Made by a program: the position numbers and the translations under genes | Shown: positions 52,821-64,000 of the stretch, piece after piece | Layout of the letters: every line of letters starts with the position of its first letter | How positions within the stretch are numbered: the first letter of the stretch is position 1 | Notes under the pieces: model-generated | What the model saw: only the letters and a program-made list of their open reading frames with translations | What the model was told of the DNA's origin: nothing | Database searches by the model: none | Source of the DNA: an uncultured Chloroflexia bacterium | Lineage (GTDB): Bacteria > Chloroflexota > Limnocylindria > Limnocylindrales > CSP1-4 | Direction of reading: 5' to 3' | Length of the DNA stretch: 64,000 bases | NCBI GenBank assembly: GCA_963755995.1 | Contig: CAVWLQ010000003.1 | Span: 981,580-1,045,579, forward strand

Positions 52821-55800
52821 TCAGGGACCGACGATGCGCCCCTCCACGACCGGGTTGACCGGCTGGTGCGCCGCGATGTACGCGCCTACCACGTCGAGCA
52901 GGAGCTTGCCCGTGAACTTCACGTTGGTCCCCTGGGTGAAGACCGTGTAGCCGTCTCCACCGGTGTACATGAAGTCGTTCGTGACGAACCGGACGGTGTC
53001 CGCGTCACCGACCACCGTGGCGGGACCGGCGATCCCGTTGGGCGTCTTCCAGATCGTGTCGACGACGGGTGTCGTGCCGTTGCAGTGGAACTGGACCTTG
53101 AGGCCGGAGATCTGCGGGAACCGGCCGGTCCCGCCGGCGAAGTTCGGATCGCACACGGGGGCGAACCCGTTCAGGAAGGCCGTCCGCATCTGCGCCCCGG
53201 TCAGGGTCTCGACGACCGTGGCGTTGCCGAACGGCAGGACGGAGAACAGCTCGCCCTGGGTGATCTGGCAGGTCTGCTCGGTGCCCGACGGCGGCGCGCA
53301 CAGCAGGTCCTGGCGCAGCCCACCCGAGTTGGTGTAGGCCGCTTCGGCGTCCGGCAGGCCGGTCGCCGGGTCGATGGCGTGCGCCTCACGCATGGCATCC
53401 GCGACCAGGTTGCCCATCGCCGACTCGAAGAGCCGGGTGGGTGCGCGCCTGATGTCGGTCACCTGGTTGGGCTGGGTGGGATCACCGATGACCTTGTTCA
53501 GGATCGGCGCGACGGTCGTGTTGGCCGCGTCGACGATCGCCTTGACGTCGGCCCGCTGGGCGACGCCGATGTCCTTGGCCAGCCGGGTGGCGCCACCGGC
53601 CCAGTCGACGTCACCGCCCTTGACCATCAGCTGGAGGACCGAGTAGGTCGCCCCGGCGTTGATCCCCTCGGTGACGAGGATGTCGCCGACCATCAGGTTG
53701 GAGACCCGATGGGTGTGGCCGACGATCATCGCGTCGACCGTGGTGTCCTGGAGAGCGTTGGCGATGTCGAGGATCGGTCCGACCCACGGCGCGCCCGGCG
53801 CGTTGCCCATCGGGTTGAGCCCGAAGTTGGTGCCCTGGTGGATGACCACGACCTGGACCTTCACGCCCAGCTTGCGCAGGCGTTCGGATTCGGCCTTGAT
53901 CCGGGCGGCCTCGGGCAGGAACGTCAGCCCGGCCGTGGCGCCCGCCGAGACGAGCTCGGGCGTGTTGAGGAGCTCGGCGCCGATGACGCCGACCTTGATG
54001 CCGTTGACGGTGAAGGTCGCCGACGGCCTGACCCACGACGGGGCCTTGCCGGTGGCGGTCTCGACGATGTTCGTGGCCAGGAATGGGAAGTGCGCCCGGG
54101 CCTGCTGCGCGAGCAGCCGGGTCACGCCGAAGTCGAACTCGTGGTTGCCGTACGAGGTGGCGTCGAGTCCCCACAGGTTCTCGACGTCGATCGTCGGCAT
54201 GTCCTCGAGGAGCGCGGAGTTCGGTGGCGAGGCGCCGACGTTGTCGCCGCCGGCCAGGATCAGGCCGGGTCCGGGGAGCGCCGCGAGGTCCTCGTCGAAC
54301 ATGGTCGCCAGCTGGGCGGCCCCGCCGACCGGCACGGTCTGGCCGTCGATGGTGGTCGTCGTCGGGCTGAGCTGGCCGTGGAAGTCGTTGAGCCCGACGA
54401 TCGAGATCGGCTTGTAGGCGTCGCCGTTCTTGACCACGTCAAGAAGGACCTTGCCCTGGCTGTATTGCGGCTCGGGGATGCCCAGCATGAACGCCAGGGT
54501 CGGCGCGAGATCGATCGTGCGAGCCACGACCTGGCCCTTGGCGACGCCGTTGCCGCCGGCCAGGAAGGTCGCCCGCATGTTGATGTTGTTGTCGAGGTCC
54601 TGGACGTCCGGCACGTAGCCGTGCTGGCCGAAGAAATGTGACGCCGCGACGAGGGTGCCCGGCGTCTCCGCATCGAACTGATAGGGCGGGTAGGCGAAGA
54701 TCACGACGTCGCCCGTCCGGGTCGGATGGGCCATGTCGGCCGTGCTGCCGGCGCCGTTCGGGATGTAGCGCGCCTCGGCCCGGGTGAAGGCCCGGTCGAT
54801 CATCTTCCAGCCTTCGGGCTGGCCGTCGTGGGTCCAGTCGTTGGGGTCGGTGAGGCCGAGGTACTTGGCCTTGATCGCGTCGACGGTGGCCGCGACCTGG
54901 GCCGCGGGGATCTGCGTCACCGGGTTCGTCCCGACGTTGAGGTAGATCTGGACGGTGCCGCCGGCCCAGCACGCCTTCGCCTTGGGGGTCGGCTCGCCGA
55001 CCGCGGTCCGGCAGTTGGACGTCTGGGGCAGGGTCAGGAGCTTCATGTCGACCAGCGGCTGGCTGGCATCGATGGCGAGGAACTGTGGCGCGAAGCCATG
55101 GTCCGCCGAGACGAACGTGGTCGGATCGCGCCCGACGAGCTTGCGGGCCAGGGTCAGCGTCTCGTCGGCTTCCGCGTAGGCGGTCCGGATGTACCCCTCC
55201 CGCGCCGTGACACGGCCGTCCTTGACGCCGTCGAGGTTGACGTCGTCGTAGGCCGGGTTCGCCGCGCCGTTGGGCAGCGTCTGGTGAGACGAGGCCCAGG
55301 AACTGGTGCTGGAACTCGTCCGTGGTCGGGACGCCGACGAGGAGGAGGTCCGGCTTGTAGGTCTTGGCGACGTACTCGAGCATCGGCTGGTGGCCGGTCG
55401 CCCAGTACAGGCCCTGCTGGACGTAGGTGTCCTCGCTCGTGACGCCGGCCTCGAGGATCGCGAAGTCGGCCGCCGTGGATGTCGGGAACTTCTGGGCGAG
55501 GAACTCGTCGAAATCGGTCGCAGCCGGGAAGCCCGGGGCGCCGCCCCAGGTCGGCCAGCTTGCGATGGCACGGCTCACGGAGGTATGGAAGAGCCGGACC
55601 CGCGACAGGTCGCCGGTGAGCTCCTCGACCTTGACCAGCATGCCCGCGGTCTTGCCGTCCAGGGCGCCGCCGCTGATCTTCACCTTCACGTCGGCCCACT
55701 GGCCCTTGCGCAGGGTCCCGACGCTGTCCGCCGAGCTCTTGGTCTTCGAGAACAGGACCTTGTCGTAGTTGGTCCGGCCGTCGTTGGTGCTGTCGAAGAT

Positions 55801-56577
55801 GTAGGCGTTGAGGCCGTACTTGTCGGCCGCCCCGTCGAGGACGCGCAGGCGCATCTCCTTGGCCGGGCTGAACGATGCGGGGACGCCCTGCCAGTCGACG
55901 GCGGGCACGATCGCCGCCTCCGGCACCGGCGCCTTGTTCGCCGCCGGATAGCCGGCCGGATGGTCGAACTGCAGGCCGAAGCTGTTGATGAACGGTCCGT
56001 CGTCGAACAGCGCATCACTGGCCGTGCCGATGAAGTTGGTCGCGACACCGCGCCCGGAGAAGAACGACTGGAAGTCGATCGTCGGGCCCTGGATCGTCGC
56101 GTTCTTGCCGCCGGCCCATTCGACCTGGGCGACCTTGAGGCCACCGCGCTCGGCGGATTGGGCGATGGTCTCGACCTGCAGGACGCCCGGGTCGAAGGCC
56201 GCCGTGCGTGCGGTCGTGAACGCCTGGCCGACCGTGAAGAACGTGTTGTTGGTGGAGCCGTGGACAGCGGGCCACGCTCCGGTCGCCAGGCTGTACCAGC
56301 CGGCGCCCGTATTCGGCGGCGCCTGCGTCAGGAGGCCACCGTTGGCCGCCGACGTGCCCTTCTTGAGGAACTCCTTCATCGTCGGCATCACGCCCTGCCC
56401 GGCGTACTTCGCGACCAGGTCCTGGCGCATGCCGTCGGACGCGAAGAAGACGGCGTTGTCGTCGTGTTCCTTGGGCGGCTTCTGTTTGGCGCTCACCGGC
56501 GCGGCGACGGCTGCGAACAGCAGCACGAACAGGGTGAGCAGGAGGACCGGGCGGGAACGGCGGATCGACGGGGTCAC
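52821..56577 (-). CDS. secreted fusion protein: type I phosphodiesterase/nucleotide pyrophosphatase (AlkP superfamily) N-terminal half plus metallophosphoesterase/5'-nucleotidase (UshA-like) C-terminal half; +1 frameshift near 55296
   Basis: The GTG at 56577 has GGAGG upstream and is followed by a signal peptide (SIRRSRPVLLLTLFVLLFAAVAAPVSA). The N-terminal half (FFASDGMRQD...PPNTGAGWYSLATGAWPAVHG...) is in ORF 54439..56646. The remainder (...SADHGFAP...; IVGLNDFHGQL...GNHEFDFG...VGHTH...; 5'-nucleotidase C domain) is in ORF 52821..55571. Length is 3757 nt, which is 1 mod 3. Confidence 0.75.
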
Positions 56578-56795
56578 AGAGCACCTCCACGACGGGCTGC
56601 ATGGGCGGGGCCGGACTGGGTCGCGGCCGGGCGACGGGCATCGCACCGGACCACACCGACGAGTAGAAGACCCCTACGATACCGCGTCGTCATCGCCCCG
56701 TTAACCGTCGGCGGGGTCGCCCGTGCTTGAGGGCGACGATCCTGCCGGTGCGTCCTGGCACCGCCTTGGTGATCGCCGGGGAAGCGCCCCGTGGC

Positions 56796-58430
56796 ATGGT
56801 CCGGAGCGTGCATCCGGACGTCGAAGCGAGGCTCGCCCGTCTCGCGCCCGACCAGCGCGCCGCTGCGACCGCCCCGCCCGGACCGTCGTTGTGCATCGCG
56901 CCGGCCGGGTCCGGCAAGACCACGACGCTGGTGGCCCGCGCGGCCTGGCTGATCGCCACGGGGACGCCGCCCGAGGCGATCCGGGCGATCACCTTCAACA
57001 AGCGGGCGGCGGTCGAGATGACCGAGCGGCTGGATGCGGCCGTGGCGCCGCTCGGCGTGGCGCCCGGCGCCGTCCGCGTCCGGACGTTCCATGCGCTGGG
57101 CCGCGAGATCCTGCGCGACGCCGGCGTCACGGTCGAGCCGATGGCCGATCGTGCTGCCGTGCTGGCCGAGGTCGCGCCGTGGGCGGACGAGGCCGACCTC
57201 CTCCGGCTCGACACCGTCATCTCGCGGCTCAAGGTGGAGCTCGGTGTCTCGCCCGTCGACGTCGCGGCCGATCCCGAGGCGGGTCCGCTGGCGCGTGCAT
57301 TCGTGGCGTACGAGGCGGCAGTGGCGGCGACCGGCGGGCTCGACTTCGACGACCTGATCCTTCGGTCGATCGCCGAGCTCGAAGGCGATCCGTCGCTGCT
57401 CGAGCGCTGGCGCGGCCGATGCCGGGAGCTCCTGGTCGACGAGGTCCAGGACGTGGACCGCGCCCAGCTCCGCCTGGCCCTCCTGCTGGCCGCACCGGAC
57501 AACCGGATCTTCCTCGTCGGCGACGACGACCAGTCGATCTACGGCTGGCGCCTGGCCGACGTCCGCCGGATCCTCGGCCTCGAGGCGCTCCTGCCGGGTC
57601 TCCGCCGGGTCGACCTCGAGGTCAACTACCGCTGCCCACGGACCGTCGTGGAACGCGCCGTCCGTCTCGTCGAGCACAACGGGGAGCGGTTCGCCAAGAC
57701 GATCCGGGCGGGTCCGGCGGCCGAGGGCCGGCTGGTCCTGGCGCCGGACGCCGCCGACGAGACGATCCGCCTGGAACGGGCCATCCGGTCGTGGCCCGCG
57801 GACGGGACGACGCGCGCAGTCCTCGCCCGGACGAACCGGGAGCTGCTGCCCGCGGTCGTCGTCGCACTCGAGCTCGGGCTGGCGTTCCGCGCGCCGCGGA
57901 TCGACCTGCTGCTCGAGTCGCCGGTCGTCGACGAGCTCCTCCGGCTGGCGGCGGCCTGCGATGACGGCCCAAAGCCGCTCCCGTTGCTGGTCGCGCTTGG
58001 GCGGGTCCGCGACCGGGTCGTCGACGACCCGCGGGCCGGGGACGTCGCGACGGCGATGCTCGGCTGGGCAGCCCCGTTCGATGGCCTGTCGACGTTCGTC
58101 GCGGAGATCGAGCGGACGCGGTCACGGCTCGCCGAGCTCCGACGGGACGACGCGCCCTTGACGCTCGCGACCGCACACGCGACCAAGGGCCTCGAGTTCG
58201 ACCACGTCATCGTCGTCGGCATGGAGGCCGGCCGGTTTCCCAGCGCGCGGGCCGTCAGCCAGGCCGAGGATCCGGCCCGCGCATACGAGGAGGAACGGCG
58301 TCTCGGTTACGTTGCCTGGACCCGGGCGCGGCGGTCGCTGACCCTCCTGTACGACCCGGCGGTCCCCTCCCCGTTCCTGCTCGAGGCCTTCAGCCCGGCC
58401 GAGCTCGGCCTCAGCCCCGGGCCCGGTTGA
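56796..58430 (+). CDS. UvrD/PcrA/Rep-family ATP-dependent DNA helicase (short, about 545 aa)
   Basis: Walker A (APAGSGKTTTLVARAAWLI), motifs ...TFHALGREIL... and ...LLVDEVQD..., and a C-terminal ...ATAHATKGLEFDHVIVVG...YVAWTRARRSL. The start is either ATG 56796 or 56727. Confidence 0.8.
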   Translation: MVRSVHPDVEARLARLAPDQRAAATAPPGPSLCIAPAGSGKTTTLVARAAWLIATGTPPEAIRAITFNKRAAVEMTERLDAAVAPLGVAPGAVRVRTFHALGREILRDAGVTVEPMADRAAVLAEVAPWADEADLLRLDTVISRLKVELGVSPVDVAADPEAGPLARAFVAYEAAVAATGGLDFDDLILRSIAELEGDPSLLERWRGRCRELLVDEVQDVDRAQLRLALLLAAPDNRIFLVGDDDQSIYGWRLADVRRILGLEALLPGLRRVDLEVNYRCPRTVVERAVRLVEHNGERFAKTIRAGPAAEGRLVLAPDAADETIRLERAIRSWPADGTTRAVLARTNRELLPAVVVALELGLAFRAPRIDLLLESPVVDELLRLAAACDDGPKPLPLLVALGRVRDRVVDDPRAGDVATAMLGWAAPFDGLSTFVAEIERTRSRLAELRRDDAPLTLATAHATKGLEFDHVIVVGMEAGRFPSARAVSQAEDPARAYEEERRLGYVAWTRARRSLTLLYDPAVPSPFLLEAFSPAELGLSPGPG

Positions 58431-58746
58431 GCTCGCGGATCAGACGGTCGATCGAGTCGAGGAACGGCTCCGTCAGCTCCGCGGGGAGCGCGTCGCGGAT
58501 CGAATCCTTGACCCCATAGGCTGCGCGGGACCGGGTCGCCGTCGCCCGGAGCGCGATGGGATCGTCGTCGCGCAGCCGGTCAGGCAACGGCTCCAGGTAG
58601 GCGATCCAGCGCTCGGAGCCCACCGCCCGTGCGCCGTCGAGGAGCCGGTCCGCGTGACGTGCCGCTGCCAGTCCCGCCTCGTCGATCGTGGGTCGTTCGT
58701 GCCGGCTGGGCCGCCGGGACGAGCTGCCCGCCCGGGCCTCGGTCAT
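58411..58746 (-). CDS. hypothetical protein
   Basis: 111 aa ORF with coding-like composition (...ERWIAYLEPLPDRLRDDDPIALRATATRSRAAYGVKDSIRDALPAELTEPFLDSIDRLIRELN). No family recognised. Confidence 0.45.
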   Translation of the reverse strand: MTEARAGSSSRRPSRHERPTIDEAGLAAARHADRLLDGARAVGSERWIAYLEPLPDRLRDDDPIALRATATRSRAAYGVKDSIRDALPAELTEPFLDSIDRLIRELNRARG

Positions 58747-58752
58747 CCGCGC

Positions 58753-59196
58753 TCAGTCATCCCCGGGCTTCGTGCCGACGGCATCGTCGGCATCGACCGG
58801 CGGGGCGAGAAGGAGGAGCGGCAGGCGCTTGCGCTCGGAGCCGTTGACGAGGATCCGGAACGAGTAGTCGCCCGGCGCGGGAAACGTCAGGTTCCACAGG
58901 TCGATCGAGAACGTCAGGACAGCATCCCGACCGTCGCGCTGGCTGCGCGCGACCAGGCTGCCCGTCGCACCGGCGACCTCGCCGCCGTCGGGATCGAGGA
59001 GGACGAACCGGATCTCGTGCTCACGATCGGTCTCCGGCGCGGTGACCTGGAGGCCGATGACCAGGGCGAGATGCGGGTGCCGGAGCGGGAACCGGCGGCC
59101 GCCGATGCGGGCCACGCCGCCGCCCAGGACGTGGAACTTCTGGCCGGGGATCGTCTCGGCGGCATCCGCGAGGAAGGCGAAGTCGATATCCGGCAC
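58753..59196 (-). CDS. hypothetical protein (beta-rich, unknown family)
   Basis: 147 aa: MPDIDFAFLADAAETIPGQKFHVLGGG...HEIRFVLLDPDGGEV...LTFSIDLWNLTFPAPGDYSFRILVNG. Coding-like. No function recognised. Confidence 0.55.
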   Translation of the reverse strand: MPDIDFAFLADAAETIPGQKFHVLGGGVARIGGRRFPLRHPHLALVIGLQVTAPETDREHEIRFVLLDPDGGEVAGATGSLVARSQRDGRDAVLTFSIDLWNLTFPAPGDYSFRILVNGSERKRLPLLLLAPPVDADDAVGTKPGDD

Positions 59197-59229
59197 CCGC
59201 CTATGCTAGCCCCTGCGCTGGGGCCACGA

Positions 59230-62293
<3,064 letters not shown>

Positions 62294-62409
62294 GTCCCCA
62301 GTTTACCCGAAGTCGGCCAAGTCGAACAGGTGTTCCGTTTGGAGACGGCGAGGCGTTCGATTCGGCGTCATCGGCTCGTGGAGCCGAGTCCTGCTAGGCT
62401 CGGCCGACG

Positions 62410-62607
62410 ATGCGTGACCCCATCCGGCTCCTCGCGCTGCTCTGCCTCCTCGTCGGCCTGCTCGGCTGCGTCGCCCCGGCGGCATCGCCCAGCCCGCCGC
62501 CAGGTGGGCAGCCGTCGTCGGGCAGTCAGCCGCCCATGGTCCCGCCGTCTCTCCCCCGACCGAGCGGCCCGTCGTCCACGATCGAGATCCCGCCGCCGAT
62601 CAAGTGA
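62410..62607 (+). CDS. small Pro/Ser-rich putative lipoprotein
   Basis: 65 aa with a signal peptide and lipobox ([14 protein letters not shown]). The remainder is low-complexity. It could be spurious. Confidence 0.35.
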   Translation: MRDPIRLLALLCLLVGLLGCVAPAASPSPPPGGQPSSGSQPPMVPPSLPRPSGPSSTIEIPPPIK

Positions 62608-62623
62608 CGCCCCGCTCGAGGCG

Positions 62624-64000
62624 TCAGCGGCGACGTCCCGTGCGCTGGCCGGTGCGCTTGCGGATGTTGGGCGTGACCGTCCGATCCCAGGTGGGGCGGT
62701 CGAGCCAGCGGGCCTGCCAGCCCGAGGCGTCCTCGTGCTCGTCGCGGATGCCCGGCAGCCAGTCGGCGATCGTGTTCTCGTCGACCCCGGTCGCGTCGCC
62801 GTCGCCGGGGATGCCGTCGAGGTTCGCGGCCGGCTCCTCGTCGGCCGGCAGGACCTTGACGCTCGTGACCTCCATGACCGGCCCTGCGGCCAGCGCTGCG
62901 GCGGCGCTCCGCCGACCCCGCGCCCGGTCGGCCGCACCGGACAGCCCGCGCCCGTCCGACGCATCCCGACCGGCCCGTTCCGCGGCCCGCCCCACGGTGA
63001 TCGAGGCGTCCTCCTGGAGGACGCGCAGGCGGATCTGCTGGATCTCGTCGCGGAGCGCCGCCGCCCGCTCGAACTCGAGCTGCTTGGCGGCCGCCTTCAT
63101 CTCGGCCTCCATGCGTGCGACGACGGCCTCGACCTTGGCCCGGTCCGCGTCGCTGAACTCGCCGCCGCGCTCGGAGGCGTAGACGATCGTCGACTCGGCC
63201 ACCGCGCGCAGCCGCTCGTTGAGGTCGCGGATGCCCTTGACGATCGTCGTGGGCTCGATGCCGTGGGCGGTGTTGTAGGCGACCTGGGTCGCGCGGCGAC
63301 GGTCCGTCTCGTCGATGGCGACGCGCATCGACTCGGTCACGGTGTCCGCGTACATGATCACTTCGCCGCTGATGTTGCGGGCCGCCCGGCCGATCATCTG
63401 GATGAGCGACCACGCTGACCGCAGGAAGCCCTCCTTGTCGGCGTCGAGGATCGCGACGAGGGTCACCTCGGGCAGGTCGATCCCCTCGCGCAGCAGGTTG
63501 ATCCCGACCAGGACGTCGAACACGCCGAGGCGCAGGTCGCGCAGGATCGCGACGCGCTCGAGCGTGTCGACCTCGCTGTGGAGGTACTGGACCTTGACCC
63601 CGAGCTCCTTGAGGTAGTCGGCGAGGTCCTCGGCCATCTTCTTGGTGAGGGTCGTGACAAGGGCTCGCTCGCCGCGCTCGACCCGGCCACGGATCTCCTC
63701 GAGCAGGTCGTCGATCTGGCCCTCGGTCGGACGGACCGTGATCGTCGGGTCGACGACGCCGGTCGGCCGGATGAGCTGCTGGACGATCCGCTCGCTCCGC
63801 TCCAGCTCGTACGGGCCGGGCGTCGCGCTCATGTAGATGGCCTGGTGGACGGTCGCCTCGAACTCCTCGAAGGTCAGCGGCCGGTTGTCCAGGGCGGACG
63901 GCAGGCGGAAGCCGAAGTCGACCAGGATCTCCTTGCGGGTCCGGTCGTTCTTGTACATCCCGACGACCTGCGGGATCGTCATGTGCGACTCGTCGACGAC
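62624..64000 (-). CDS. uvrB: excinuclease ABC subunit B, partial (N-terminus beyond the right edge), with a roughly 134-aa C-terminal tail after the UVR domain
   Basis: ...[32 protein letters not shown]...helicase C motifs...[18 protein letters not shown] is followed by an extra tail. The reading frame continues to position 64000. Confidence 0.92.
   Translation of the reverse strand, partial: VVDESHMTIPQVVGMYKNDRTRKEILVDFGFRLPSALDNRPLTFEEFEATVHQAIYMSATPGPYELERSERIVQQLIRPTGVVDPTITVRPTEGQIDDLLEEIRGRVERGERALVTTLTKKMAEDLADYLKELGVKVQYLHSEVDTLERVAILRDLRLGVFDVLVGINLLREGIDLPEVTLVAILDADKEGFLRSAWSLIQMIGRAARNISGEVIMYADTVTESMRVAIDETDRRRATQVAYNTAHGIEPTTIVKGIRDLNERLRAVAESTIVYASERGGEFSDADRAKVEAVVARMEAEMKAAAKQLEFERAAALRDEIQQIRLRVLQEDASITVGRAAERAGRDASDGRGLSGAADRARGRRSAAAALAAGPVMEVTSVKVLPADEEPAANLDGIPGDGDATGVDENTIADWLPGIRDEHEDASGWQARWLDRPTWDRTVTPNIRKRTGQRTGRRR

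Noticed and set aside
58411-59196. Toxin-antitoxin pair (two small adjacent genes)
   Set aside because: I recognise no similarity to known TA families. The genes are separated rather than overlapping, and one overlaps the helicase 3' end convergently. There is nothing to support the idea beyond size.

Overview
Very GC-rich (by eye about 70%) chromosomal segment from a Terrabacteria-type organism. The whiA-yvcK-rapZ cluster and TIGR00026 deazaflavin-type reductases suggest Actinomycetota or Chloroflexota; I cannot place it more precisely. From 33.0 to 64 kb the content is core and almost all on the minus strand. It holds two tRNA arrays, htpX-lemA, a family-5 solute-binding protein, secG-gpmI-tpiA-whiA-yvcK-rapZ, tatC-tatA and pyrF. 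It also holds a TolB-like protein, recJ, secF-secD, uvrC, a roughly 1250-aa phosphodiesterase/5'-nucleotidase fusion, a UvrD-like helicase, uvrA and partial uvrB. The left 3.7 kb holds a partial cupin gene, tRNA-Leu and small membrane genes. Between them (3675-32978) lies a 29.3-kb accessory segment bounded by a perfect 48-bp direct repeat. That repeat is the 3' half of tRNA-Cys, with the intact gene at the right end and an orphan fragment at the left. This is the signature of a tRNA-integrated island, yet no integrase, transposase or transfer gene is visible in any frame. The island is built from repeated regulator-plus-redox modules. Three copies carry [MalT-like LAL/STAND-LuxR regulator - conserved 91-107 aa protein of unknown function - DUF4386 membrane protein - TIGR00026 F420-type nitroreductase], each preceded by a tripartite operator-like repeat. 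Two further modules carry [COG3903-type AAA-TPR-LuxR + DUF4242] next to quinone-oxidoreductase, SDR, DUF4386 and DUF4260 genes. A CUT1 sugar ABC importer is also present. This repeated module is the best candidate for an undescribed system. About 17 frameshifts occur in island genes and in essential genes alike. Of those I resolved at nucleotide level, nearly all sit at short homopolymer runs, so they are most likely assembly indels rather than pseudogenes. The many long antisense ORFs in the track are GC-driven shadows.
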